A DNA stretch of 64,000 nucleotides, taken from the NCBI GenBank assembly GCA_002269645.1, contig NIVC01000254.1, positions 124,001 through 188,000 on the forward strand, given 5' to 3'. Both the position numbers and the translations under genes were made by a program. The DNA is from Macrostomum lignano (taxonomy: Eukaryota). The notes under the pieces were generated by a model, which was not told where the DNA came from, did no database searches, and worked only from the letters and a program-made list of their open reading frames with translations. Shown here piece by piece: positions 39,750 through 52,798 of the stretch (position 1 is its first letter; every line of letters begins with the position of its first letter).

Positions 39750-41165
39750 CAAGGCGTATTCAGCATACCAGTGAGGTATGAGACAAGCTAGGTCTGTGGG
39801 CTAAGGTTGGCGATGCTGCGCCCATCTCAGTGAAATATGCGGTCAGAGCCGCAGTCACCTCGCCTCAGCTCTGTCGCTGTCCTAGTGAAAGGGCTAGCGC
39901 TTTTGGGCTTTACCCGGCTGTGGCTTAGGAACTTGGCTACTGGCCGCCACTTAACGTACTCTACCCATGCCTAAGGTGTTGACAGGGCAGATGGGCTGGA
40001 AGGCCGGGGAGTAGTCCGGTTGCTAGCGGTCTTTTTTGTCAAACCGGCTGGCTTAGGAGAGTCGGCTACTCGGGTACTCAACTTGCGTAACGAGTAGCCG
40101 TCCTCCCGCTTTTAAGCTATAGCCACAACGCCAAACTGACCCGATCGCCCCTGGCCCACCGCGATCAGCTGCTTTGGCAGCTACTCCTCGCCGACCATGA
40201 GGGTTTTCGACAGGGACAGCGACCTGACGCCTGAGCAACCCGACATCGCGTAGACCATTGACGAGGGCCTATTAAAAGGTGCCTTCGTGGACATCGCGAA
40301 GTACACCAAGACAAACGGGTGCATCCTCCTGTGGTGCATATCCGAGGAGAGCCCCCAACTCCTGCGGGCAAAAGTTCGGCTGGCACAGCGACCCGGGTCA
40401 GCTGACTTTCCCCTTGGAGAGGGAGCGGCCCTAAATCATCCATCATCGGATTTGGATCCGGACGCCAGCGCGATTAAGTCCAGGCAGCTTCTGCTCACGC
40501 GGCACCCGGATCCTGACGCCAGTGGTCTTGTATACTACAACACGGTCCGCAAGGGCACGACCAGGGCCACCGTCATCTTCGGACCAAATGGCTCGACCCT
40601 CAACTTGGTCTCCATCAACTGATCATCCTTTGCTGAGGAGGACAAGATGGAAGTCAAGAATGTCAGGAAGCGCACTGCAACCGCAAGGGGAGCTGGGGCT
40701 CAGGCTTCGCCGGCCAAGCAACATCAACCAGACCCAGAGCCTAATAGGGCAATCCGCGCTGCTGAGTCTGCCTCGGGTGAACGTAGACCTGCCCGTAGAA
40801 GCCGACGGTCCGGGCTAATTCAGCGCGTCCTTATCAAAGCTTAGTCCCCGAGACTTCACCTCGAGCGGACTCGTGCCGCTCGTCAAACTGCTCAAAGCCA
40901 GCCAAAGGAACTGGACGATGGCACGGCACGGCTCGGCCATCCAACTAGTGGGATTGCCACCAGGATGCTGCCGACCGAGTCTAGACTCCTGACGGTGGGG
41001 CGCAAGGCGAGGGCAGCAGCCATACTTCAGTCGCTGGAGAGTAAGGCGGTGCAGAGCGGCCAGGTCTCACCTGCCGCGGGCGCCGCGTACACCACGGCGG
41101 CTGGGGAGGCGGCTGAGCCCAAGCCAATGGAAATAGGCAACTCAACCTTTAACGATGTGTAGTAT
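39750..41165 (+). mobile_element. 5' portion (5'UTR plus decayed ORF1) of a LINE related to 14598-20503
   Basis: 5'UTR matches (GGGCTAAGGTyyGCGAT; CGGTTGCTAGCGGTC). ORF1-like LLLTRHPDPDASGLVYYNTV…TVIFG parallels LLVASNPELPANGVVVHET…TAILG. No ORF2. Confidence 0.6.
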
Positions 41166-42732
41166 CACACCCGCCTTATAAAGTGTTCGATGGAAAATAA
41201 AGTCCGAGGATGCGTTTTCATCAGGCCAAGGCTTCACCATTCTACGAGTACTTTCTACCATAGAACATTTTATGTGCAGGTGATGAAATTAATTCTCCAG
41301 TTTTTATATCGAGGGTGTAGAGACAGGGCTATAAATAATATTTTTCTTATCTTCGCCATAGAAAAAATCTCTAGAGAACTTATAATGGGTACATATAGAT
41401 TAAGCTGTTTATTAGACCAACTAGGACAGGAGACAAAGAGATGGATTTGCCTGAACTTGGATTTAAGTTGATCGATGCTTTGTTTGCATCCACCACTACT
41501 GCATCTACGATTACAGTTATTCTAGCTGTTGCTGACTCTGACGACACTGTTCGGGCATCAGCATCTAGACGTTTTGCAGTCGTGTCTTTTGACGACATCC
41601 TACGAAAGTTAAATGCTTCTATTCCCGACACGCAAGACGCAAAAAGGAACTGGCGCTCAATCTATTCAACCGATGACGAGACGAGGGACAAACAAGCATT
41701 CCCTCTGATGAGAGGAATGACCTGATGGTGACAAAGCCTATGAAGAATTGGAGGTCCTGGAGGCTGGAATTTTTTTGTTAAGTCTTCGTCTTTGAAGTTC
41801 GTAAGAAAGACGGCAGCCAAAACAACGTTTCAACACTGAAGGACTGTGTTTGCAATGCTTCAACACCACTGCGCATCAGCTGAAAATAAATGTTTCGTTA
41901 TGGAAGGACCCGCAATTTGTGAAGACAAGACGGACCTAGGATTGCTTCCATGAAGACCGTCTGCAAAGGAAACATACCCGGAATGCATGCCAGCGAGCCT
42001 ATCCCAGCTGCTTTGGAACACGAATTGTGGCAACGAGGACCGTTAGGGACTGAAAATCCAAAATAGCTTTTGAACACGCTAGTGTTTACATTGGCAAGTG
42101 CTTCGCCCTCCGGTTTGAACTGAACTCTACAGCTTACACTACGATAAAGACATTGTAGTTGAAATTGACGCGAATGGAGAAGCGCTCGTTTTCAAGGAAA
42201 ACAAAGCCAACAAGACTAATAATTGTGGAATGAAGGCTAAGAAAAGCTTTCCACCACGAGAAAGCTTTTCTAAAGGCTTTATTCCAAAGGCTATATTTGG
42301 CTGTATTCTTGTTACTTGTAGAGAACAGAGATTCTATCCAGATGTCCCCCATCGTGGGGCGAAGATTGCTAGTCTCGTACTAATATGCTAAATTCTAAAT
42401 GCTAAGCGCTAATGAAGCTGCGCTATGGACCAGATATAATTAAGTAACAAATTAACTACTTTTTTAAATTCAACTACAAGACTGCTTAATGCATAAAATT
42501 TTAAGTTCATCAAGTACGAGCGTAAATATTTTAAAGTATTGGCGTTTATAGCGACGTCTTGAAAATTAGATTTTTCTAGTCATTAAGTCAGTGCCAATAA
42601 ATAATTTATTACTTTAAATGAAAAGTAACTAGTTAGTATAAAAAGAGTATAACGATTGAAATAACACACCTAAGTATGGAGAGAATGCACCAAAAATATG
42701 CACAATATAGTACATGATTATTGCTTTGAACT

Positions 42733-42829
42733 CGCTCCAAAATTTGCCGAGAACGGATGAAGGCTCTGTGCAACGCGTCATGGTGCACGTCTGTGCATCG
42801 GATTCTGCATCGACGCTTTTATTTGCCAT
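42733..42829 (-). pseudogene. Class A 5' stub A6 (first ~32 codons)
   Basis: MANKSVDAESDAQTCTMTRCTEPSSVLGKFWS, after which homology stops. The upstream acceptor and spacer are conserved with A2/A3. Confidence 0.85.
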
Positions 42830-44073
42830 AGCTGAAAAGAGAAAATATTAGCTAGTAAATACACGAGTAATACCAAAAGTATATATTAATTCGTACTAAA
42901 TGCTAATTGCTACTAAAGCTGTCATAGGACTGATCGTTTATAAAAAGCGAATTTTATATATATGCAATAATGGCTTGCTACCATACCATGCTGTACTGCA
43001 TCGAAACTTCTCATTGTTCAGTGCCTTAGGTTGGTATTGAGGTTGTACATAGTTTTGCGTCTAAAGCAAAAAAATTAGTCATGATTTGATGGAAATCATT
43101 GATTTTGTGTTAAGACGTTTAAGCTCCTCAGGAAGGGCTCGGTATTTCACTAAAATCCAGAAAAAGTTTTAACAAATTAGATGCTTATAAATGGAAAATA
43201 TAAAAAATTTAGGAAGTCATTATCGGACAGTTCTATTTTTGTATAATCATGATAATAAGCATAAAAAGTGAAAATCAGTTACCTAGTAGCTACCCAGAGC
43301 TGAGATACAAAATAATATGCTTATAATTATTCGAATAACTAAAAACTGGCGTCAAAAACATTTGAAAAATGAGAAACTTTATTTGTGACGCAATCCGCCA
43401 GTTTATGTTGTGGTTTAGAAAAACCAACTTAAAAAACTTCGGCAAAAATTATAGTAAGTAACATAAAATAACAAAAAGATACATGCGGTGAATACGATCG
43501 AAAGGCAACATTTTTTATGACAAATATACAAGCTAGACTGGGGAATCATAACTTTCGAGTACTGGAACAAAACAACAACAAAAATTAGGCTAGCTAAAAA
43601 AATTAATTTTAATCCTATATACTAAAAATCGGTGCTAAATTTCAGCCCTGGATATTACAAATTTACGCTCGTAGGGTAAGCGAGATTTCAGTAATATGAA
43701 TTTTATGAGATCATAAATTTGACATCGGTAAGTCAGGCGATTTTACAAGTTGAAAAGTTATGGAGTGTAAAGGCAACAACCTTTAGACAAAAAAGGTACC
43801 TACTTGCATTGTTTAGGAATCTAACAAAACTTTCCCCATGACTTATCACTTAGTTGAGTACTTTAACAGGTCTTTATTGAGAGATATGAAATTGACAAAA
43901 ATTACAAGTTATATGGCTCAAAACTCTGGGTTTACTCGTACTGCTCAAAAGTAGCCAATAACTATTACAATTATTTTTTATAAAAAAATAACTATGGAAA
44001 AAATAACTAAAATAACTTAAAGATGTGAAGACTTCTAGAACAAAGCTATATATTTATGCATATCTATACGCCC

Positions 44074-44430
44074 TAGAGGGGGCCGTAGCCCAGCGGTAGC
44101 GAAGGCTCTGGTGTGCCAGCGACCCAGGCTCGATTCCCAGTGCAGTCACATTAATTTGGGGCTGAATTGGAATCTCGGCTTGGCTCTGCTCGTGCAATTA
44201 ACGGCCTTGAGAGCCAACCCCCAAGGCGCAGTGAAGTGTACATGCCTAACAATTGATAAAGTTAGGGCCGCTGTACACTCCTGTGTGAGTGTGTGCCTGC
44301 GTACGTATCCGCGCGCTTGTATGCCTGCTCAGGGGAGTCGGCGGAATGGGCAGTAATGCCTCTCGCCGGTTGTGTGCCTATGTCGCTTAATGTGCGCCAG
44401 GGTGCACACACCCCTGCCTCTAATAAAAAA
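44074..44430 (+). mobile_element. tRNA-derived SINE, family 2
   Basis: A-box-like GTAGCCCAGCGG, B-box-like GGCTCGATTCC, AATAAAAAAA tail. TSD ATCTATACGYCC at 44062-44073 and 44431-44442; the empty site is visible at 21157 and 27867. Confidence 0.88.
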
Positions 44431-44817
44431 ATCTATACGTCCATATAGAAAACGATTCTAGACAACTGGGTACTTAAAATATTGGCATAAACATAAAAAA
44501 AGTTTCCGACAGTAGTAAAGTAGAAAAAGCTGTAAGCATGTCTTAGTGAATACTTTCGGAAAATTTCGGGAATGACAACACCATGCACATTGCTAGTATA
44601 AAAGTACGTTTCACATTCGTAACACTAAGATGGCAGCGGACATTGGGTTAGCTGATTTATCGTAAATAAGAGTGGGAAACAAAAATACGATTGTACATAT
44701 TAAAAAACCCAAACACCAATCGTCTTCTTCTGTTCTAAATTGGACAGCTCAATTTAAAAAAGCATTAGCGCTATACAGAAAGGCTAGCTACAATGAGATG
44801 GAATCTAATTTTTATAC

Positions 44818-45247
44818 CAGGGTTTTTTACCACAATTAGTACCCCATGAGGTATTAGTCAACTGATTTGGGGTACTATTTTGCCCATTAATACCCCAGAA
44901 AAGGGTACTAATTTTTATCGAGTTCAATTGAAACAAGTTAAGCTTTTTTAAATTAGCAATTTAATTAAAATTCTGGCTGGCCCGGTATGGGTCTTGTATA
45001 TCCAGGCACCTGTGTGGTGAGTCAGACTGTCAGGCTAAAAGTAAGAGAGGGTTGGAAACTTGGAATATATTTGTCAGTCTCGCTCAACCCAACTCTCAGC
45101 CCCAAGGACTGGCTCAGCCTTGGGGTGGGTGGGCCCAAGGCCCTGCAGAATTAGAAATTTCGTGGGGTATTACTCCTCCAAAATGGGGTACTACTTAGAG
45201 GCTTGATACCCCAATTCGGGTACTAATCAGCAGTGAAAAAAGCACTG
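44818..45247. mobile_element. hAT-type MITE
   Basis: TIR CAGGGTTTTTTAC / GTGAAAAAAGCACTG, 8-bp TSD (T/G)TTTATAC, subterminal GGGTAC repeats. Absent from the homologous spacers. Confidence 0.8.
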
Positions 45248-45691
45248 GTTTATACTAAGTAGCATAAGCTTTATACTCATGCACAGTCAGTAGAGTGGCC
45301 AAGGTCATGAGGGACTTAGAGTCCTGACAGGGTCCTGACAGAAAAGCTGATAGGAACATGACTTTTGAATAGTCAGTGAACAACGCAAGTTTTTATAAGC
45401 TTATAGAAACACTGGAGTTGTATGGACTATAGAAATTCCTATTGATTTTATTTATCCCGCCATTCAGCTACGAGTATACCGACTGTCTCAACACAAAGCA
45501 AAGACGTCAAACTAGAAATGTATTATGACACTCCCTATCATGGAATAAGTTCAAAACTCGGTAGCTCAGTTTTAAAAACTCACTTTAAAGTTTGAGTCTT
45601 AGTAGAGCTGAGTGACTTCGTTAACAGGGAAAAGATGTGCTGTATTGAATAGAAAGATATGCTTCTAAATAAATCGGTTTCGGTTATAGCA

Positions 45692-47215
45692 CTAGCAGAT
45701 CGACACTCGCACTAAAACGCGATGGTTGCACGACAAGCTGCATATCAGCAGAAAGGAGCTCGAAGATTCTCGGCTGGCGCCACAGGAGCTAATTGACTGC
45801 AGAACATACGATACACCACAGTTAGCACACGTCTTGAGATAGTTTACGCCTAGTGGCACCAGATCAATCACTTTAATCAGTTGTCTGTTGCTGCTAAGAA
45901 GTGCAACGCTGCCATTATTTTCGCAGGCAGCCAGAAATCCAGATCCAATGTCTACAACGCACAGCACATTTTGACTATTGCTCTGCCAGACTTTTACGCA
46001 TCTTTTCGTGCCGAGACTCATTCGATACACTGCTGACTGGGTGGCCAGTATTAAACTACGACCAGAAACTGTCATATGACGAACATTCGCAGTGTCTTTC
46101 GAGAGTTTCATGCTATCCTGAAGTTCGCAAGTGTCCAGCGACAGGCAGTTTATGCAGCCATCACCGAGAATGTACAGCTTCTCCATATCGTTGACTATGA
46201 TCGGCATTTCAGCTTGAAACTGGACATTGTCAATAGTTCGAAGCTGTGTACCAGCTAGGTCCGTCACAATCAAAGAATTGTTATTACCAAGCATATAGAT
46301 TTGTTGCTGGTGATTCACAAGAGCTGCAGACACTAATACAACATTGTTCGATGGCTGATTTCTTTGGCTAAGTACCACGAGTTCGTTGCTATAGAAAGCG
46401 ATATGCCAGTTCGCACCATAGTTACCTACTGCAAGTACGCAGGAGCTTGGCAAAGCCTGAAAGCCATTCTGTTGCGTCTTGGAAACCAGCTGAGCGGAGT
46501 AAAAAAATCCATCCGTACGATTGCAGTTGAAAACGAATTGGATGTAGTTTGTAAGAAGAACCTTGGCAGTTGGCACAGCTGACTCCAGCAAAGATCGCAT
46601 TGCTGCCCCGTCTGCATCCTCGGCAATTGCAGCTCGAGTCTTTGTCTCCTGCAGCAGCTTCTGGACCAGTTCAACGCTGCTGTCAACTGGATCAGTCCAA
46701 GCATCGGAAATGGGAGCATCTTCAAGTGCGAGTTGCATCTTCTTGCTCAACTGGAAACTTTTAACAAGATCGCCAGACATTTCAGTCCCGTTGATATCTG
46801 CTCGAAGCTTTTCAAAGAAGTGCAACGACTTCAGACTGGCGTCCATGCTGTCGATCTTGGCGTCCAGCCTGCCAATGACGGTACTGCGGCAGCGCTGGAC
46901 AATCTCGAGAATCTCTTCAAACATGTCTGACGCATTGGCTCGGTCGCTGGTCAGCTCGAACAAAGCGCCGCGCGTCAAGTCCATCTGCTCGGCAACGCGG
47001 CGCATTGCACCATCGATGTTCGCCTGACGATAAGAGTAGTAGCTCTCTCGGAATCGGTCGGCGTCTCGCTTCAGATGGGCGGCGCACAAGGGCCCGTCCC
47101 AGTGGCTGCCCTGACCAGCAGCGTCTTGGCCACAGTTAGGCAGACTGCAAACATCGTGCTGCTGCTTGTTGTCGCCTTGCTGCTTTCCTGACGTTGCTTT
47201 TTTGGCAGAAGACAT
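45692..47215 (-). CDS. Cluster gene B4: full-length class B member (507 aa)
   Basis: Intact ORF with C-x4-C-x15-C-x2-H, coiled coil, propeller blades and CANC…SCNH. Confidence 0.9.
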   Translation of the reverse strand: MSSAKKATSGKQQGDNKQQHDVCSLPNCGQDAAGQGSHWDGPLCAAHLKRDADRFRESYYSYRQANIDGAMRRVAEQMDLTRGALFELTSDRANASDMFEEILEIVQRCRSTVIGRLDAKIDSMDASLKSLHFFEKLRADINGTEMSGDLVKSFQLSKKMQLALEDAPISDAWTDPVDSSVELVQKLLQETKTRAAIAEDADGAAMRSLLESAVPTAKVLLTNYIQFVFNCNRTDGFFYSAQLVSKTQQNGFQALPSSCVLAVGNYGANWHIAFYSNELVVLSQRNQPSNNVVLVSAALVNHQQQIYMLGNNNSLIVTDLAGTQLRTIDNVQFQAEMPIIVNDMEKLYILGDGCINCLSLDTCELQDSMKLSKDTANVRHMTVSGRSLILATQSAVYRMSLGTKRCVKVWQSNSQNVLCVVDIGSGFLAACENNGSVALLSSNRQLIKVIDLVPLGVNYLKTCANCGVSYVLQSISSCGASRESSSSFLLICSLSCNHRVLVRVSIC

Positions 47216-48102
47216 TGTTTTCGGCTCGTAATCTTAAAAAGAAATGTTTATAGTATTTCTAATATTAATAAAGCGACTCTGAAGAAAAGATATTAACTCT
47301 GAGTTGCTGTGAAAACACAGGGTGACGTAAGGACTACTCAAGTAGGACGGGAAACATCGTTTCTTGGAAAAATAGATTCAAAAAACCCATTAGCCGAGCC
47401 GTGCCATTTTTATTGTTTTTTTAGACACAGGACATGTACTATAAAACGCAGCATATAAAATTAACATGGAATCCTAATTTTATAAACAAAAATCTCTATA
47501 TCAATAGAGATATAAGAAAGGCAAGGCATATAAAGATAAACATTAGATTTGCCTCTTATCAAAAGCAATAACAACTTTGTGCTGAAAAATGAAAACCTAC
47601 TATCTCCGTAATGTATTTTTCGGAAAAACATGGTTTGCCGTTGTGGATGGAAGTTGCGGCCTCCACAAACAGTGAACAAGCATTTCAAAATCTACAAAAC
47701 AGATGCAGCCGTTGCCACAACCACAAGGGGAGTGCCGATGAGATACCCAGGCCAAAGGAGAAATTACTGAGATGTCAATGCTCAGGGAATTGTTGAGATG
47801 TCATATTTAATTACAATATTGCATAGGCAGTTCTGCTAACTCCTCAGCACATACTATACTCAGACACGCGCTCACACGCGGTCACACCTTGAATTTTAGA
47901 TCATCCAAGGCATGCACACTCGTTGCCTCGGGGGCTGCCCCTCATGATTGGACAGTTTTTGTACACAAGCCTTAAATATCCTCGCGAAAAATGTAAACAG
48001 GTCGCGGCTGGACGAGTTGCTGGTTTGTTAAACTAGAAAGCTGAGTTGAGGGGTCAATACTTTTCTGCTTTAAACACATCAATTTTTATTAAGAAACTTA
48101 CA

Positions 48103-48412
48103 GGGGGTTGTAGCCTAGTGGTTAGAGCGTCGGACTCACGACTTGAAGGTTTGGGGTTCGATTCCCGATCCCACTGGAACAATTTGCGTCCTTGAGCGAG
48201 ACCACTTAACTCTGCATTGCTTCAGTTCACCCAGCTGTAAAATGGGTGCCAGCATTAGCTGGGGTAATTGAGGCTGTGTGTGTGGCGACCCCCCCCCCAG
48301 TCCTTGGACTGAACAGCCGTACGCAGCCTTCAGATGCGCCGCGCAATAGCTGCGGCTGAGCTGTGCCATTGGGGCAGGTGCAATCCAGCTCGTATTATTA
48401 CTATGATTTATT
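48103..48412 (+). mobile_element. tRNA-derived SINE, family 1 (CORE-like body)
   Basis: GTAGCCTAGTGGTTAGAGCG A-box, GGTTCGATTCCC B-box, body GCGTCCTTGAGC…CCCAGCTGTAAAATGGGT, (TTA)n tail. Second copy at 52799. Confidence 0.88.
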
Positions 48413-48891
48413 ATTACAGTTGCAAGTTGCAGGGCTTTCTAGAAAAATCCTATTACTTACTTTTTTGCCTATACAATGAAGCCTGGAGTCAAAAAGCCAT
48501 CATAGACTTTCACTAAAAAATCTAAATGATTTTAAATTAAAGAAAATAAAGTAAAACCAAAGCTCCAAAGCTACGACAACTATTGATGTTTAACAACTAC
48601 CAGTTTATTATCATTATATACACATGTACAACACAAAAGACAAGGGAAAAACGCAAAATTGATATCAAATGCAAAGAAATAAATACGAAATCTAAGCAGA
48701 CAAAAGTTGAATATTAAATGATTAAAGTTTCAGGACATTTAATCCTCAGTTACTTACCAACAGCAGTTTTCCAAAATCACATTACACTCGTATCAGCGTA
48801 TAAAACATTTCAGTCATTCAACACACAAGACACATTTCTACGGTAACTAGCTACTGTAGGTAGTAAGATAAAAAAAACTCGAACTAGCATC

Positions 48892-49332
48892 CTAGGTATC
48901 CTCTACAGCAGCGCCAGCCAGCGGCATCTCCTGGCGCCTCCGCTTGAGCAGACTTCGCCGCAGGCGGGCCTCTCGCTTCTCCAGCTCTTTGCGTCGACGT
49001 TCGTCGCGCAGTCGTCGGAATAATTCCGACAGCAGTCGGATGCTCTCCAGCTTGCGTTGAGCGGCCACAATGCGACGCTCCTCGGCGGCAATTCGCGCCG
49101 CCAGAGCCGCCTCCTCGGCTCGACGTTGCCTCTCGGCAGCGCGCTCAGCGGCGCGCTCCAAACGGCGCCGTTCCCGATCGCGCCGGCGACGCTCAAGTTC
49201 GGCGGCCGCCTCGGCTCGACGTCGGGCGGCTTCTCGACGACGAATGGAGCGAAGTGAGAGGCGGCCGGTTCGGTCGAAGTCGAGAGTTGGCAGAACCGAC
49301 AGCGCCGCGGGGGCGGATGACGAACCGTCGGA
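48892..49332 (-). CDS. AKAP17A: AKAP17A ortholog, last detected coding exon (coiled coil)
   Basis: DFDRTGRLSLRSIRRR…EERRIVAAQRKLESIRLLSELF matches AKAP17A SFDSTKHLS…EERKLLLAQRNLQSIRLIAELL. CAG acceptor, phase 0. Confidence 0.88.
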   Translation of the reverse strand, partial: SDGSSSAPAALSVLPTLDFDRTGRLSLRSIRRREAARRRAEAAAELERRRRDRERRRLERAAERAAERQRRAEEAALAARIAAEERRIVAAQRKLESIRLLSELFRRLRDERRRKELEKREARLRRSLLKRRRQEMPLAGAAVEDT

Positions 49333-50159
49333 CTGCGTTATTATAAATAAATTATAAAACACATTAAGTCGTTAAGGTTACATCAAACAAACTATGTAAC
49401 CTTAGATGATAGATTCTAAAACTAAAAAGATGCCTAAAAGGTTTAAAATTCCGCCACGAGCAACTGACTATTGAAATGAAAATGAAAATTGACCAGGTTT
49501 TCGTGTTATTTACACACATCAGCCAGCCTCCCCCCACAAGTGTGACGATTTAAAAGGTCAAAGTCAAAGTGCCGCTTTATACCATTGTATGAGTACGTGT
49601 CTGTTATCCACATATTGTGGACGTATTTCACACTTGTATACCCGATCCCGATGAAAACGGTACCTGGCCAAGAAGCCGTTTGAGAGTCGTTGAAGGTAAC
49701 ACAGGTATAAAATAGGAATAGGACTCTAGACGACTCTATACCAACGATATGTCACGGTACAAGTCGCCAAAAAGTCGTCAAAGTGTCAATTTCAGGCTTT
49801 GCTTTTATTGTCTGCGACTCTACAATGACTTTGGGGCCGAAGAATTGTATCCAAAGCGTGCAAGAGTCGCTGAGTTGCGTCCGACGTGCATATGTGCAGC
49901 TGTATGAAATAAACGTATTTCGCATTGATATTTATAACAACTCTATTTATTCTACTTCAGTTAAGTAGACAGTTAAGCGCTATACACAACGACTCTTAAC
50001 AACTTTTTTGTAACTCTAAAGATTTTGCAGTTCACATCATGCGTTCGGGACTCAACAGTTGCCTCTCTGTCGCATTGCAGTCGCTTGAGTCTTTAAAGAG
50101 TCGCATTAGAGTCACTACAGTCATTGGTGAGGTGTGTGCAATGGCTCTAGCGATTCTTG

Positions 50160-50406
50160 CATACATGCGCAAATGCTGGCCAACCTGGCCGATCTGGCCA
50201 TTGTAAATTGCGGTGGACCAGGGGTAGGTCACAAAAATGCCCAGCCTAAAAAATAGACGTAGTACTAATTAGATGACGAAGCATTTAGCCCTTATAAGAC
50301 AGTCATAGTTACTCCTGCCGTTTACCCGAAATTGCGTTAGGTTTCTTTTACAGGTAACTTGGTAAGTCGCATGGCCAGTGTAAATCAGGGGGGTTGCGCA
50401 TGTATG
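50160..50406. mobile_element. hAT-type MITE containing a 28S rRNA-derived segment
   Basis: TIR CATACATGCGCAA / TTGCGCATGTATG and perfect 8-bp TSD GATTCTTG. Confidence 0.9.
50264..50327 (-). other. Degenerate 28S rRNA H69-H71 fragment
   Basis: Minus strand GGGTAAACGGCAGGAGTAACTATGACTGTCTTATAAGGGCTAAATGCTTCGTCATCTAATTAGT vs eukaryotic 28S GGGTAAACGGCGGGAGTAACTATGACTCTCTTAAGGTAGCCAAATGCCTCGTCATCTAATTAGT. Confidence 0.9.
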
Positions 50407-50668
50407 GATTCTTGTCACGGTAACGTTGTTCTGTATGCTTTGCAGGCTTAAGAGACAATCTTTGCTTTTAACTTAGTAATTCGCTTCAACAAGCAAAAGC
50501 TGAGGACACGACCCCAGCCTCAATAATGATAAGTAGACCTGTACCATCTAAATCATTACTCAATGCGAAAAACAAAAGAATAATGTATAAATCCTTGTTT
50601 CAACCAAGCAAAGATCTTCCTGGCTCGAACATTTGCCTCTTTCACTCTCGCTATTCTTTGATTCGAAT

Positions 50669-51031
50669 TTTTTTTTATTAGAGGCAGGGGGGTTGTGTGA
50701 ACCCTGGCGCACTTTAAGCGACATGGGCACACAACCGACGAGAGGCATTACTGCCCATTCCGCCGACTCCCCTGAGCAGGCATACAAGCGCGCGGATACG
50801 TACGCAGGCACACACTCACACAGGAGTGTACAGCGGCCCTAACTTTATATTATCGTTAGGCATGTACACTTCACTGCGCCTTGGGGGGTTGGCTCTCAAG
50901 GCCGTTAATTGCACGAGCAGAGCCAAGCCGAGATTCCAATTCAGCCCCAAATTAATGTGACTGCACTTGGAATCGAGCCTGGGTCGCTGGCACACCAGAG
51001 CAGCTGCGCTACCGCTGGGCTACGGCCCCCC
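50669..51031 (-). mobile_element. tRNA-derived SINE, family 2 (reverse copy)
   Basis: Reverse complement of 44074-44430. TSD TTTGATTCGAAT at 50657-50668 and 51033-51044. Confidence 0.9.
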
Positions 51032-51337
51032 TTTTGATTCGAATAGATTGTCCGAACCTAACTAAACCACCCAGATAAGAAAAATAGATACTTCAAACGC
51101 CATGAAAGGATAACCGATCCTCTCCTTAGAACAGATCAAACTATCGGTTCGCCCCAAACAACAGAAACTTATAACAAACTTAAGCTAATTGAAACTTCGT
51201 ACTTGGAATATCATAAATATAATCTTGTGATTGCATCATCAGAACAAGGGACACAGTAGTGAGAATGTCCAGAAGACCAAGGAAGGACACCCAAACATAA
51301 CATAACAAAATATTTCGCTACTCAGAAAAGCCCTCAC

Positions 51338-51739
51338 CGAACCGAGCTGTGCCGGCATCAGCAGCAGCAGCAGTTTGGCACCACGAAGCGCGGTCATGCA
51401 CCGCTCGAATCCGGCGCAATCGACAAACTGGACGAAAGCTTCGAACCGGCCCAGAGGACCCGGAGCAGCGGCAGCAGTAGCAGCAGCAGAAGCAACAGAA
51501 GCCGAACCAGATTCCGAATTCAACAATGGAATATCAATTCGTCGAACAGCGCCAAACGATTCGAAAGCCGATCGAACAGCCGATTCAGTTGGCAGATCGA
51601 CTGAAGCACCACTCGGCTCAGGAATTTGTTGCGATTGACCTGCTGAGAGGCCTGGGACATCGTCTGAGAACCATGAGCAGGGCAATTGGCCAATACGAAC
51701 TGTGTCCGGTCGTTCGCCTGGCTCCATGGCGTCCAGACC
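51338..51739 (-). CDS. AKAP17A: AKAP17A ortholog, internal exon (RRM-like region)
   Basis: MEPGERPDTVRIGQLPCSWF…FGAVRRIDIPLL…FEAFVQF…MTALRGAKL. CAG acceptor and GTGAGG donor, phase 0/0. Confidence 0.92.
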
Positions 51740-52798
51740 CTGTTGACGTATTTGGAAAGCAAAGTAAACATTGACCATACTTATAGTTTATCCTTTGCGA
51801 GTTGGGTATGGGGGCTTCAGAAACCCGATACCCGAAAAATCACAACATCAAAAGCCACTTACCATCATAAACCAGAAATATCATAACATAGAAAATCATA
51901 TTTTGCTAGAATTTTCGGCGCTATGTTATTTCAAGTTTACGATAACGACCTCTTGCGACAGACGCAGGCACAGTTCACATAATGGTCCTGATCGAATTTT
52001 TCATCGTCAAGAATGTACACTTTCTGTGCAAGAATCGCATCAAGCAATATCCACGCCAATGTTTCGCAAGCCTTGAATGGCAGAGAATCGAATCTGGGAC
52101 ATCTTTGGCGAATTTGACTCGCAATTTATTGTCTCAATGCTACCAAAGCGTTCATAAAAGGGTTTATATTCGGAATAAGGCATCAGAACAGCTCAACTCG
52201 GGCGAAGAAAAATGACGAAATTCAAGGCTTTTATTTTCAAGTTCCTTATTATCTGTAGTTTGTACTCGTATTTTATGAAACATTAATATAGTTTCGTGAT
52301 TGCTTGGGATTTTTAGGTTGAGGCTTACAAATGTCAAGCGTAAGGACTTTTACACAATGTGACATCCAGCAGGTTTTCACTTTTTGGAATCCTAAATTCA
52401 GACCCAGGATACAACAAAAAGACAATGTGATTCTGATTTATAAAAAGATCCAGCCGGCATAAACTTTGAATCAGACCGAGATAAAGGAGCTCAATTGAAC
52501 GCTTGACGACCGCCTGGTACGAGATATGGCGATAAGAATTAGCCGAGCTTAAGAGAAAACACATGGAGAGAGAGCTCTACGAAAAAAACACCTAAAGTCG
52601 ACTGACCGATAAAACAGTGGCGCTACAGCTAGTGCTGCTTCTAGACCTGCTGATAATGGCTGAAAGAAAGCCCCAAAAAATGCGTTTTAACTTTTAATCT
52701 CTAGGCATAAGGGATCCAAGGGGTCCAGTAACTTTAGCGCTTCATGTTAGGGTTAAGTTTGACACCCATGTTTTTTGGCTCATCCTCACATGACAATA

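Noticed and set aside
41430-42350. Coding-like + strand stretch
   Set aside because: Fragmented, and could not be assigned to any family by eye.
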